DNA of 64,000 nucleotides from Deltaproteobacteria bacterium (GTDB lineage: Bacteria; Myxococcota; Kuafuiibacteriia; Kuafuiibacteriales; Kuafuiibacteriaceae). This document shows positions 17,331-26,458 of this stretch, piece after piece (the first letter of the stretch is position 1; every line of letters starts with the position of its first letter). Under the pieces are notes generated by a model. It saw only the letters and a program-made list of their open reading frames with translations. It did not search any database and was not told the origin of the DNA. The position numbers and the translations under genes were made by a program. Location of the stretch: NCBI GenBank assembly GCA_016713425.1, contig JADJPE010000005.1:3901532-3965531 (forward strand), written 5' to 3'.

Positions 17331-18716
17331 ATGAAAACTCGCTACGACCTCATCATCGGTGCGACCCTCTTCTGGGCGCAAAGCCTTGGAATCACCGCCT
17401 GCGCCCCCGAAACTGATGGCGCGGCTGACTCGTCTTGGGTGTCTCAGGTGGACGAGTCTCCGATTGTCGCCTCGGCCAAGACAGGCGCCTCGCTGGGTGG
17501 GGTTACGCTCGATGCGGATGCCGTCGCCGATCTGGCGATTGACGCCGGCACGCCCACGCTCCGTGTGCACGTCCGAGCGAATGTTGGGCTGGCCGACGTG
17601 CGACCTTTCGTCCGCGAGTCGAGCCCTGCGGACGGCGAGGTCGAGGTGGTTTGGCAGGACGCCCGCAACTTCGACCTGGTTCTACGTGGGGCAGGCCTGG
17701 TCAAGCGCGCGCTCTTTGGCCAAAGGATTCTGATGGCGCTCGATCTGGCTGCGGCGCCGGGCGCCATGATCGCTCAGCTCTCGATCGAGCCTCGTCTTTA
17801 CGGTTTCCGCGGGCAAGGGCCGTTCGCACAGGCCGCATTGACGCCGGTCTACGTGGGGGGGCCGGATCCACTTCGTTACCGCGTCCTGCTCGACACGCGC
17901 GGCGCTTCGGTCGAGGTCGACGCGCCGGCCGCCGTGACCCCGCATCCAACCAAAGATACAGCGACTGTTGATTTGTCCTTCGATACCATCGTTGGGCTCT
18001 TGGAAGATGGCGCACGCATCGCGTTTTCGACGGTTTTCGGCACCAAGACGGCTCAAGTGGGCGCTCGCGTGGTGTCTTTCGAGCTGACGAGCGCAACCGA
18101 GGCCGAGGTCTTGGCGTCGACCGACGTGTGTGAAGCCTGGGTCTTTCAGTGTCTCGGCCGGGTCGAATCTGAAGAGATCTCTCTTTGTGGCACCTACCTT
18201 CAGGTGACGGGCTGCTTGGAGGCTGATGTCTGCGAGGTGTTTGGCCCGCAGGCTTTCCGTCTCGATGCGGTCGAGGTGCCAGCGTCGATCGCCGCCGCCC
18301 AGGCCGCTCACGCCGCGTCGGCCTCCGCGCCTGGCTTTCAGTGGTGTCAGCTCAGCACCCTCGAGGCTTATGCGCTGCCTGAGTGCTTGGCGACTCCGGG
18401 CACGATGGAGGCGATCGTGGCCGAAATTTTCGCGGGGAGCTGGCAAGAGCCGGCCGCTGTTTTCGAGTTCGGTCGCGAGGTCCCGGCCGACGCGCTCACC
18501 TCGCTTGGTTTCTTCGGCGCGGCTTGCGCCGCCGGCGGTCCGGAGCTCCTGGCCGCCATTGTTGCAGAGTTTCAAGGATCCCAGGTGATCGCGTGGCAAT
18601 ACGAGGAGCCGACGGCCTGTCACAACTGCACTTCGTCGAGAGACCTGGTCATCCTCTTCTACCCGGACCGGGGGCGCATCATTGTGCTCGAGGGTGGCCA
18701 CGGATACGATTCTTGA
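17331..18716 (+). CDS. Hypothetical lipoprotein, Cys-rich C-terminal half
   Basis: Signal and lipobox 'SLGITAC' after M13 of ORF 17295..18716. No recognisable family. Its orientation is opposite to the surrounding tol genes. Confidence 0.45.
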   Translation: MKTRYDLIIGATLFWAQSLGITACAPETDGAADSSWVSQVDESPIVASAKTGASLGGVTLDADAVADLAIDAGTPTLRVHVRANVGLADVRPFVRESSPADGEVEVVWQDARNFDLVLRGAGLVKRALFGQRILMALDLAAAPGAMIAQLSIEPRLYGFRGQGPFAQAALTPVYVGGPDPLRYRVLLDTRGASVEVDAPAAVTPHPTKDTATVDLSFDTIVGLLEDGARIAFSTVFGTKTAQVGARVVSFELTSATEAEVLASTDVCEAWVFQCLGRVESEEISLCGTYLQVTGCLEADVCEVFGPQAFRLDAVEVPASIAAAQAAHAASASAPGFQWCQLSTLEAYALPECLATPGTMEAIVAEIFAGSWQEPAAVFEFGREVPADALTSLGFFGAACAAGGPELLAAIVAEFQGSQVIAWQYEEPTACHNCTSSRDLVILFYPDRGRIIVLEGGHGYDS

Positions 18717-18767
18717 GCCGCATCCGAGCTCCGCTCGAGCCGAAACGGCGCGCCGGCACCTCGGGGT

Positions 18768-19538
18768 CTACAGCTTGCCGCCAAGCGTAGCCGGCAGCGC
18801 GCCACTTCGCGACATCAACTTCGTCATGACCTCGACCACACGGGCGTGAAGCGATTCGACCTGCTCGTCTTCGCGGGTCTGGTCCCAGCGCGGTGGAACG
18901 ATGGGGGGCGCGATGCGGTGGGTGAGGGTGATGGGGCGCGGGACGAGCGAGGGCCCCACGCCGCGAAACAAAGGGAGCGGCAGCTTGAAGCGGGCGTACA
19001 TGCGGTCGGTCAAAGAATGCCGATAGACGGTGAAGACGTCGTCGGCGGCCGGGCAGGCCGCGAGGACGATCGGCGCGCCGGACCGCAAAGCCAATCGAAT
19101 GAAACCCTTTCGGTTCTCCCACTGCACCGCATAGCGTTCATCTCTTGGGCGCAAGGCTTCTTTCATTCCGCCCGGTGCGACGTAGACGAGACGCCCCGCC
19201 TCCAAGAGTCGGGCCCCATTCCGAGGAGAGGCCGGCATCATGAAGATCTGCGGCGACCAATCTCTGATGAACGGCAGCTCGAACAAGAGGTCATCGGCAA
19301 GGCCGGTCGGCAGGCGTCCCGTCGCATCGTAGATGGCGAGCGCGAGCAGGAAGGCGTCGTACGTTGCGAGGCTATGGTTGGTGACGATCAACGCCGGGCC
19401 GGTCTTGGGCACGTGTTGGTGTACGGCAATCGCGCTGTGGCGGTGGTAGGCTTGAAGTGCCCTCAGAACCCTGATCACCACCGCGGCGGCGGGTGTAAGG
19501 TGCTCGCTCGGGAGTGGGGCCTCGTCGTTGCTTTTCAA
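18768..19538 (-). CDS. Lysophospholipid (1-acyl-glycerol-3-phosphate) acyltransferase, PlsC family
   Basis: HX4D motif 'TNHSLATYD', 'FIRDWSP' and 'VAPGGMKE'. Starts 9 bp after the tolQ stop. Confidence 0.6.
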   Translation of the reverse strand: MKSNDEAPLPSEHLTPAAAVVIRVLRALQAYHRHSAIAVHQHVPKTGPALIVTNHSLATYDAFLLALAIYDATGRLPTGLADDLLFELPFIRDWSPQIFMMPASPRNGARLLEAGRLVYVAPGGMKEALRPRDERYAVQWENRKGFIRLALRSGAPIVLAACPAADDVFTVYRHSLTDRMYARFKLPLPLFRGVGPSLVPRPITLTHRIAPPIVPPRWDQTREDEQVESLHARVVEVMTKLMSRSGALPATLGGKL

Positions 19539-19547
19539 GAGGGGGTC

Positions 19548-20348
19548 CTACTTGAAGAAGTGTCGTTTCACGATGTTCAAGAAATCGGAGGAAAACGACT
19601 CCATCTCCGACTGAAGAATACGAATCCTGGCGAGGAAGAAGTTGTACGCGATCACCGCCGGGATCGCGGCGGCAAGCCCGGCTGCGGTTGCGATGAGTGC
19701 CTCCGAGATGCCCGGTGCGACCGTCGCGAGGTTGGCCGAGCCCATTCGCCCGATGTCGTGAAACGCTTTCATGATGCCCCAGACGGTGCCGAACAGCCCA
19801 ATGAAGGGCGACGTTGATCCGACCGTCGCGAGAAATGAAGTCAGGCTTTCGAGGGAGGTCGTCTCGGAGTTTTGGCTTCTCCTGAGCGCCCGCTCCACGT
19901 TCTCGATGTCGCCTGCGAGGCCTTCCTCGTCGCCTGACCGTTTCTTCAAGCGCGCAAGCTCGATGTAACCGGACTTGAAGAGCTGTGCGAGCGGTGATCG
20001 CCGGTAGGACTCTGATTGCTGGTACATCTGGTCGAGTCGCTTAGCGTCCCAGAACGCGACCAAGAACCGTTCGGTCTCGACGGCGGCTCGCCGCAGGAAG
20101 AAGAACTTGTGGACGATGATCGCCCAGCTCACGGCCGAGAAAAGGATCAGAAGTGCGAAGCTCGCGACGCCGATAGGGCCCGAATGCGTGATCGTATCGA
20201 ACAGCGAAAGATCGGTGACCGACCCACCGGTACTCGCGGTGCCCGCAGCACCGGGGCCTGTCCCCGTGGCCGCCTCCAACGTGGTGAGTCCCACCATGAT
20301 GATGTGGGTCGAAGCTGCGCCGGACATCGTGATCGACGCCGCTAGCAC
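19548..20348 (-). CDS. tolQ: TolQ/ExbB/MotA-family proton channel
   Basis: Three TM segments; 'SPFIGLFGTVWGIMKAF' and 'ATVAPGISEALIATAAGL' are TolQ/ExbB signatures. Start probably at M18 (20297). Confidence 0.8.
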   Translation of the reverse strand: MLAASITMSGAASTHIIMVGLTTLEAATGTGPGAAGTASTGGSVTDLSLFDTITHSGPIGVASFALLILFSAVSWAIIVHKFFFLRRAAVETERFLVAFWDAKRLDQMYQQSESYRRSPLAQLFKSGYIELARLKKRSGDEEGLAGDIENVERALRRSQNSETTSLESLTSFLATVGSTSPFIGLFGTVWGIMKAFHDIGRMGSANLATVAPGISEALIATAAGLAAAIPAVIAYNFFLARIRILQSEMESFSSDFLNIVKRHFFK

Positions 20349-20460
20349 GGACCCGCTGGCCCTGACAACCGATTGGCCTGGGTGGGCCTACCAGCCACGC
20401 GACGCACTCTCTTGGGAGGACGGCACGCAGATCAGGACCAGGCCCAGGACAAGGATGCAG

Positions 20461-20603
20461 ATCAAGCATGTGGGTCGAGGATGTGGGTCGAGGATGTGGA
20501 TCAAGGATGGAGCTCGGCGACCGTGGGTGAGGGGTGAGGAATGATCAGAGGTCATGGATCATGGATCAGAGGTCACGGATCAGAGGTCATGGACATGATC
20601 AGG
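20461..20603. repeat. Direct-repeat-rich intergenic block: (GGATGTGGGTCGA)x2-3, then (GATCAGAGGTCAYGG)x3 interleaved with GATCATG
   Basis: Read directly. Lies between the thiO-like stop and the tolQ start. Confidence 0.7.
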
Positions 20604-21762
20604 GCTTGAAACGCGCGGGGCTGAAGGGCTCCAGGTCGAGAGAAGGCGGACGACCGAGCACCACGTCTCGAATGAGCGCTGCCGTGGCGGGGGCGTTGAG
20701 GACGCCATTGCGGTGGTGACCTGTCGCAAAGAACAGGCCGCCTACGGCTGCGGAACCGATGAGCGGACGATGATCCGGCGTTGCCGGTCGGAGTCCGGCC
20801 CACGCTTCGACAAAATTGGCCGCACCGAGATTGGGCAGTGTATCGACCGCCCAGGACAGCAGCTCCCGCACGCCTTCGGCGGTTGTCGATTTGTTGAAAC
20901 CGCAAGACTCCATCGTCGCACCCACGAGCACGCGTCCGTCTCGGCGTGGGACCAGGTATCGGCCTCCGGCCGACAGGAAGGGGCGGCTGGGCAGGCGCGG
21001 AGGGCGGAGCGCCACCATCTGTCCGCGAACAGGCTGGACCTGTGCGCGGGGCAGCTCGCACCCAAAGATTTGGCTTGACCATGCGCCGGCCGCGAGGACG
21101 ACGATGTCCGTGCGAACCTTCTGATCGACCAGCTCCACGGCCTCGACGCGCCCGGCCGCTTGGACGATCCGGTGAACGAGCTTGCCTTCGTGAATCATCA
21201 CTCCGGCGCGCAGACACGCCCGGTACAAGGCGCGCACAAGACGCTTGGGATCGACCTGGGCCGCCTCCGGATAGAAATACCCGCCGACGAATCGTGATGA
21301 GAGGGTCGGGATCTGTGCCCGAAGTCCGGCCGCGTCGAGCTCGACCCACGATAGACCCGCCGCCCGTTGCCAGCCGATGCACGCTCGTCGTGCAGTCAGT
21401 GCTTCGACGTCGTCGAACAGTTCGATCGCGCCGTGCGCAGAGAAGTCGACGGAGAGCCCGCTCGCCTCTTCAATTTCCCTGATCCAATCGGGGTAGTGGG
21501 TGAGGCTATAGCGGCCCAGATCGAAAACAGCGTCGAGATCCCCGCGTGATTCGAGTTGCGGCGCCAGCATACCGGCGGCCGCATCGGAGGCTTCACCCCC
21601 GATGATCGATTTCTCGAGAAGAAGGACCTCGAGCCCGGCCTTCTTCAGAGCTAGGGCGACCCCGAGGCCGATCACGCCGCCGCCTATGATCACCGCATTC
21701 GACACCGCATTTCGGTCTAGCACGCCGGGGTACGCCTCGGGATAGAATATTCGCGATGGCAC
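20599..21762 (-). CDS. FAD-dependent oxidoreductase, DAO family (glycine oxidase ThiO-like)
   Basis: 'VIIGGGVIGLGVA' Rossmann motif near the N-terminus. 'GHHRNGVLNAPATAAL' near the C-terminus is ThiO/DAO-like. The start may be a GTG around 21705, since ORF M1 overlaps the divergent neighbour. Confidence 0.7.
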   Translation of the reverse strand: MPSRIFYPEAYPGVLDRNAVSNAVIIGGGVIGLGVALALKKAGLEVLLLEKSIIGGEASDAAAGMLAPQLESRGDLDAVFDLGRYSLTHYPDWIREIEEASGLSVDFSAHGAIELFDDVEALTARRACIGWQRAAGLSWVELDAAGLRAQIPTLSSRFVGGYFYPEAAQVDPKRLVRALYRACLRAGVMIHEGKLVHRIVQAAGRVEAVELVDQKVRTDIVVLAAGAWSSQIFGCELPRAQVQPVRGQMVALRPPRLPSRPFLSAGGRYLVPRRDGRVLVGATMESCGFNKSTTAEGVRELLSWAVDTLPNLGAANFVEAWAGLRPATPDHRPLIGSAAVGGLFFATGHHRNGVLNAPATAALIRDVVLGRPPSLDLEPFSPARFKP

Positions 21763-21788
21763 GGCCTACGACTCTTCGTGCGACAGCG

Positions 21789-22919
21789 ATGGCGGTGACC
21801 TTGTGCGGCGCGCTCTTCGCACGCGCCGAGTGGCCGAGCGGGGGCTCCTCCGCGCACCGCACCACGGGGCTTGGTGAGCTTTTCGGGCGGTTGGCCTTGG
21901 CGCTCGAGTTCCCGGCCGCCTTCGCGGGGTTGGATCGCGCTGAGCGTCCGGATTGGGACAAGCCTACCCTCGTGCACTTGTTCGGCGGTGCGAGCGCTGC
22001 GACCGCACCCGAACTCACCGTTGAGCAGAAAGATGCCGTCTTGGCCGAGCTGGCTGGGCAAGCATACACCGTTCCGCGCCTCGCGAGCGAATCGAATGAA
22101 GCCTATGCGCGCCGCGTGCTTCGGCGCCGCGCCCCGTTTGGACCGAACGTGCGCGCGGGTCAATGGGTGCTCGCCGTCGTGCGACAGCTCTACGCAGATC
22201 TCGGCGACCGGGCGCAGGAGCTCGCGCGCTTCGAGGTCGACCGGAATACGCGGCGCTTCTTGGAGACGAAAGCGCGGGAGGCCCACGCCGCCGCGAAGAT
22301 GATCGCGGCCGATCTCGAGGTTTCGGTGCCCGGGCTCGAGGGGTTCTTCGAGCCGCTTCCGGTTGCGGATGGCGTCGCGCCCACACTGACCGGAGTCATG
22401 GTCGTCGTGCGCCGGGGCGTTGTGACAATCGACGGTCTCGATCGTCTCCGCTTCGAGCAGGAACAGGCGCCCCCAAGGGCTGAGCGGACGTCTTCGGGAG
22501 CGCTTCGAGAGATCTACTCGGCGTTCAAGCAGTTCAACATGGCGGCTGAGATGCTCGGGCGATATGAGCCTTCGCGTGCTCGAAATGTGGGTCATCTACG
22601 CGCAGTACTCCCCGCTGAGGTGCCTGCGCGATATCTGAACGAGCTTGTTCGTGCTGGCGTCGAAGCCAAGATGCACACGTTGCATCTCATGGTCATGTCC
22701 AAGGCGGGCGCGCTGAACGAACTCGACGTCGCCTTGATCGATCGCGCGCGACCTGGCCGCAAGAAGCGAGCTCGGGCGCTGAAGAAGTCTTTGCACTGCG
22801 ACGACACCGAACTCATGTCTTCATGCGCCGAACGCATGGCCCGCGCGCTCGCGTCTCGCGAGCCGTTCGTCCTTCGGGTCGATGCGTTCGCTTCTTCTTC
22901 TTCTTCTTCTTCGGAATGA
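21789..22919 (+). CDS. Hypothetical secreted protein ending in a poly-Ser tail
   Basis: Signal peptide 'MAVTLCGALFARA'. No family recognised. The last codons (SSSSSSE) come from the (TCT)n SSR. Confidence 0.45.
   Translation: MAVTLCGALFARAEWPSGGSSAHRTTGLGELFGRLALALEFPAAFAGLDRAERPDWDKPTLVHLFGGASAATAPELTVEQKDAVLAELAGQAYTVPRLASESNEAYARRVLRRRAPFGPNVRAGQWVLAVVRQLYADLGDRAQELARFEVDRNTRRFLETKAREAHAAAKMIAADLEVSVPGLEGFFEPLPVADGVAPTLTGVMVVVRRGVVTIDGLDRLRFEQEQAPPRAERTSSGALREIYSAFKQFNMAAEMLGRYEPSRARNVGHLRAVLPAEVPARYLNELVRAGVEAKMHTLHLMVMSKAGALNELDVALIDRARPGRKKRARALKKSLHCDDTELMSSCAERMARALASREPFVLRVDAFASSSSSSSE
22891..22912. repeat. (TCT)7 trinucleotide SSR
   Basis: cttcttcttcttcttcttcttc. Read directly. 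Confidence 0.8.
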
Positions 22920-22981
22920 CATGACTTGTCGCCCTGATCGCGCGGTTGGCGTGTCTACGGGCTGCGCAGCAAAATGCAAGG

Positions 22982-24607
22982 CTAGGGTTGGGGTTGAGGT
23001 TGGGGTTGAGGTTGAGGTTGAGGTTGAGGTTGAGGTTGAGATTGGCCGGTTGTGGGATGCGCAGACATGGGCTCGGGGCCGAGGATGCTGTTTGGGTCTT
23101 CGACTTTCTCGGTGCGCGGCTCGGTGTCCTCGAGACGAAGCGTCGTGGAGAGGAAGAAGAAGAAGAAGAGCTGCCGCAGGGAGGCCTTCGTGAAGGCCGT
23201 GTCCTCGGCGAGCGCGCGTAGCCCATCTTGTTGCGCGACGACGTCGCTTCCGGTGCCGTATGAGCCCGTGAGGCCCAAGCGGGTCAACGTGTAGTCTCCA
23301 AAGAGTCCGAGCACCAGAGAGCCACCGAGGCCATTCACGTGGGGCAATTGATCGCGGCTGAATCGTTGACCCTCGACGCCGGGCAGACTCGGCGATGAGG
23401 CGAGATTCGTGAAGATGCCGGCGGCGACCGACCATGACTTCTCGACAAGCCATTCGGCACCGAGATGTGCGTTGACGATGAATCGCCGCTCGACTTCATT
23501 GACGATGGTGAGTCGCTCCGAGATGTCCGGACGGTTTCGTGGGATCTCGACGAGCTTGTACCGTACCGGTGCGTGAATCGACAGGTCGAAGGCGAACGTT
23601 GCGAGCGAGGGGATGATCTTGGCGATACCGACGCGCAGTGCCCCGGCGGTCCTTGATTGCGCATTGAGCTTCTTGAGATCATCGAGCACGAACTGGCTAT
23701 CGTTGGACGCGGGAGAAGACAGTCCGCGGGTGACGCGAAGATCGGCGGTGCTCACGAAGTCCGCGCTCGGGGAGGACAGGGTGGCGCCGACGAGCAGGTT
23801 CGGCCGGACCTGCATCTTGAAGCCGAAGGTGGCGACGAGAGAAGCGGCGGCCAGATCGAGGTCGGTTGCGGCCGTCGCGAAAGCACCTTCGGCCGCCGAC
23901 CCGGCCGTGAAGCAAGAGCTCTGTTCGCGGTCGAGCAGGGTTCTATACGTTACGAATGCACCCATCCCGATCCGAATCGACGGCGTGAGTCGATGGCCGA
24001 CGGCCCCACCCAGCCAATAAGTTCGGTCGAGGAGCGACCGTTGATAGGCCAGTCTGACGCATCCTCTGAGCGCCGCATTGGCGTCGACCTCAGAGAGATT
24101 CTGGATGTTTATACTCCGAAATGAGGGCACGAAGCTGCCGAGGCTATACGCTGTGATCGGGCGACCTCTCGAATCTCGCTCGGGCAGGGTCTTGACGACG
24201 CCGGCGGTTGTCGGAATCACGTTCAGTTCGGCCACGACCGAGTCGAAGTTCGCGAGAGAGCGGATGAGATCCGTGTTGACGAGTTCGACGCCGTACAGGT
24301 TGGTCGAAACTTCGACCGAGGTACGCTTCACATCCACGATACCAGCTGGGTTGTAGAACATCCCGCTTGGGTCATCACTCAAGGCGGTGAATGCGCCGCC
24401 GAGCCCCACCGCGCGCGCGCCGAGTGGATAGTCGTTGTAATGCGTGTCGTCACTGCGCGCGACGGTCGGGCACGCACTGAGTGCAGTCACAACGACGATC
24501 GTCTTGAGTAGAGGTCGACGTAGAGGTCGAGGGCGTACGCGCTCAGCTCGGCGAAAGGCCGTGTGGTGCTCTTCGCGTAACCAAGATGCAGGAAACGATG
24601 TACCCAC
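22982..24607 (-). CDS. Outer-membrane transport protein, OmpP1/FadL/TodX family, with a low-complexity C-terminal extension
   Basis: N-terminal signature 'GARAVGLGGAFTALSDDPSGMFYNPAG'. ~80-aa tail after the last predicted strand includes FFFFF and (QP)8 derived from SSRs. Start codon uncertain. Confidence 0.6.
   Translation of the reverse strand: MGTSFPASWLREEHHTAFRRAERVRPRPLRRPLLKTIVVVTALSACPTVARSDDTHYNDYPLGARAVGLGGAFTALSDDPSGMFYNPAGIVDVKRTSVEVSTNLYGVELVNTDLIRSLANFDSVVAELNVIPTTAGVVKTLPERDSRGRPITAYSLGSFVPSFRSINIQNLSEVDANAALRGCVRLAYQRSLLDRTYWLGGAVGHRLTPSIRIGMGAFVTYRTLLDREQSSCFTAGSAAEGAFATAATDLDLAAASLVATFGFKMQVRPNLLVGATLSSPSADFVSTADLRVTRGLSSPASNDSQFVLDDLKKLNAQSRTAGALRVGIAKIIPSLATFAFDLSIHAPVRYKLVEIPRNRPDISERLTIVNEVERRFIVNAHLGAEWLVEKSWSVAAGIFTNLASSPSLPGVEGQRFSRDQLPHVNGLGGSLVLGLFGDYTLTRLGLTGSYGTGSDVVAQQDGLRALAEDTAFTKASLRQLFFFFFLSTTLRLEDTEPRTEKVEDPNSILGPEPMSAHPTTGQSQPQPQPQPQPQPQPQPQP
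22985..23046. repeat. (GGTTGR)~10 hexanucleotide SSR
   Basis: gggttggggttgaggttggggttgaggttgaggttgaggttgaggttgaggttgag. Encodes (QP)n on the minus strand immediately before the stop of the FadL-like ORF. Confidence 0.85.
23151..23170. repeat. (GAA)6-7 trinucleotide SSR
   Basis: ggaagaagaagaagaagaag. Encodes FFFFF within the minus-strand ORF tail. Confidence 0.8.
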
Positions 24608-24666
24608 GCGACGACTCTATCGCGCGTCTTCGGAGACGATGCCAGTTGCTTTCGGCAGGACCCTGC

Positions 24667-25116
24667 CTACTTGACTTCGCTGCTGTTTCGACTGACAGCG
24701 AGAGCCTCGGGTTGAGTCGTTGGTGTGGCGGGAAGGTGGACCCCGAGGAAAGGATCTCGTGCCCCCGTAAATTCTGCGGCGCGTCGTTCCAAGGCGAGAA
24801 TCAGGTCCGTGACCCGCTTGCGTTCAGCATCGCTCAGGTTCTCAAACTGGAGACCCATGCCCGACCGCTCACCCGTCGATTGATCGTAGGCAACCACGCG
24901 TGCGACGCGCGCCTCGACCTCGAAAAGTTGCCCGGCCGCGGGATCGAGCGGTGTCAGGCGCACAACCGTACCGACTGGAAGTGGAAGTGCTGTTTCGAGG
25001 AACAAGCCGCCCTCCGAAACATCTGCGACGGAGCCTGCGTTGAAGGTGTTGCCGTCGTCATACACGAGCTTGAATCGCACTCGATGTCGCTCGGTCTGGC
25101 GCTCGTCCTCGGTCAT
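24667..25116 (-). CDS. PilZ-domain protein (c-di-GMP binding candidate)
   Basis: 'RHRVRFKLVYDDG...GLFLET..PLPVGTVVRL'. Start placed at 'MTEDERQ' within ORF 24667..25407. Confidence 0.55.
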   Translation of the reverse strand: MTEDERQTERHRVRFKLVYDDGNTFNAGSVADVSEGGLFLETALPLPVGTVVRLTPLDPAAGQLFEVEARVARVVAYDQSTGERSGMGLQFENLSDAERKRVTDLILALERRAAEFTGARDPFLGVHLPATPTTQPEALAVSRNSSEVK

Positions 25117-25154
25117 TAGGCCGATGCTAACTTTCGTCCGGTAAAACGGCAACC

Positions 25155-26414
25155 TTACGGGCTGGCGCCGCGATAGGACACACCAAGATAGGCGGTTTGG
25201 CGCAGGAAGGACTGGTTGGATGTCGTGAAATGGTAGGCAAAAATCGCACCTCGGGCGTCCAGGCTCAAGTTGTCCGAGAGACGATGGCTGACCTGAAACT
25301 CCAGGCTGTTCTGGTTTTCGTTGTCCTCGGCAAAGAGAAGGCCTTCGCTGGCCGAGCGCCCATGCGTGAATTGAAGCGCCGCAAGAACTGACGCGGTGAG
25401 GCGCCAAGGCAGGCCGACGTGTCCATAGGCGGAGATCCGGTGGCGGTCCACATTCTCGAAGACGGATGTCGAGCGCTGGACGCGGACCAGGTACTCGATG
25501 CCGGCGCGAAAGCTACTCTTGATGCGGTATTCGGCGCTTGCGGCTGCAGACCACTCCCGGTCTTGGCGCGATTCCGGCGTGCAGTGGATCTTGCGCTTGG
25601 CTTTCTCGTCCGCCGACTCACTGCAGAACGTGATGAACTCGCGCACCGGGAGCGGCGCGCCCCGACCATCGACCCAGGTATCGAGTGCGGGGTCAAAGAC
25701 CGCGTCCGGCGGGGTCGTGTCCGGATTGGCTGGGTCGACGGGTGTGGTGCCGCGGACGAGGCCCAGCGCGTAGCGCCGGAGACCGTAGCCGCCTCGTGCC
25801 CCAAGGCTCAAGTGGGCGCCGATATAGATCCAGGCTTTGAGAGACAAGTCCGGTCCCGTGTACGAAAAGCTCGGCTCCGGATGAAACTGGAAGCGATTGA
25901 GACCCCCTCCAAATTGGAACGCGATGGGCGCATGGGGTGGGTGCAGGCTTGCCGACAGCTCGCCGCGCGCGATGCTGTAGTTTCGCGCGCGGGCGTGGGT
26001 CCGGCTCGCGCGCGCGTTGCCTGAAGCGCCGACAGAAATCCAAGGACCCAGCCGGTGGTCGGAATGAATCTCGAGGTCGTGCGCGAGCAAGTCTTCGGCT
26101 CGGGTGCGCCCAAACCGCTTCACGCCCAAAATGTAGTGCGCGCCGACCTCGTGATTGCTCGACCTGGGGCGCCAGTTGGTCATCAGATCCACGGTAAGGC
26201 GACCCAGTGCGTCTTGGGTCCGCGGCCCGGTCACCGTCCGCCGCGCGTTTGTGTCCCACTCTGCGCCCGACGACACGCGGAACTGGCCGCTGACTGTCGC
26301 GTGTGTTTCGTCAGCGCGCGCCCGCGAAGACTCGGCGGCCGACGTCGATGTTTCGACTGCGCCCACGGCGGTCAAGAGCTTGGTCAAGGCGAGTAGGCTT
26401 AGAACTGGGCTCAC
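25155..26414 (-). CDS. Hypothetical outer-membrane beta-barrel protein
   Basis: Signal peptide. Alternating hydrophobic pattern and Y/G/R-rich strands. No family recognised. Confidence 0.4.
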   Translation of the reverse strand: MSPVLSLLALTKLLTAVGAVETSTSAAESSRARADETHATVSGQFRVSSGAEWDTNARRTVTGPRTQDALGRLTVDLMTNWRPRSSNHEVGAHYILGVKRFGRTRAEDLLAHDLEIHSDHRLGPWISVGASGNARASRTHARARNYSIARGELSASLHPPHAPIAFQFGGGLNRFQFHPEPSFSYTGPDLSLKAWIYIGAHLSLGARGGYGLRRYALGLVRGTTPVDPANPDTTPPDAVFDPALDTWVDGRGAPLPVREFITFCSESADEKAKRKIHCTPESRQDREWSAAASAEYRIKSSFRAGIEYLVRVQRSTSVFENVDRHRISAYGHVGLPWRLTASVLAALQFTHGRSASEGLLFAEDNENQNSLEFQVSHRLSDNLSLDARGAIFAYHFTTSNQSFLRQTAYLGVSYRGASP

Positions 26415-26458
26415 GAATGTCGAAGAACGGCCATGCCGCGGTTGGCGCGCTCACTCCT

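Noticed and set aside
17682-18701. 339-aa minus-strand ORF antisense to the lipoprotein gene
   Set aside because: Arg-rich antisense product. It would sit tidily in the tol operon orientation, which made it tempting. It has no TolQ/R-like or other features, whereas the plus-strand product has a clean lipoprotein signal.
21756-21762. Apparent 7-bp overlap of divergent start codons (thiO-like minus, hypothetical plus)
   Set aside because: Divergent genes cannot share start codons sensibly. The likeliest explanation is a later start for one or both (GTG ~21705 for the oxidase, M12 at 21789 for the plus gene). It is an annotation artefact, not biology.
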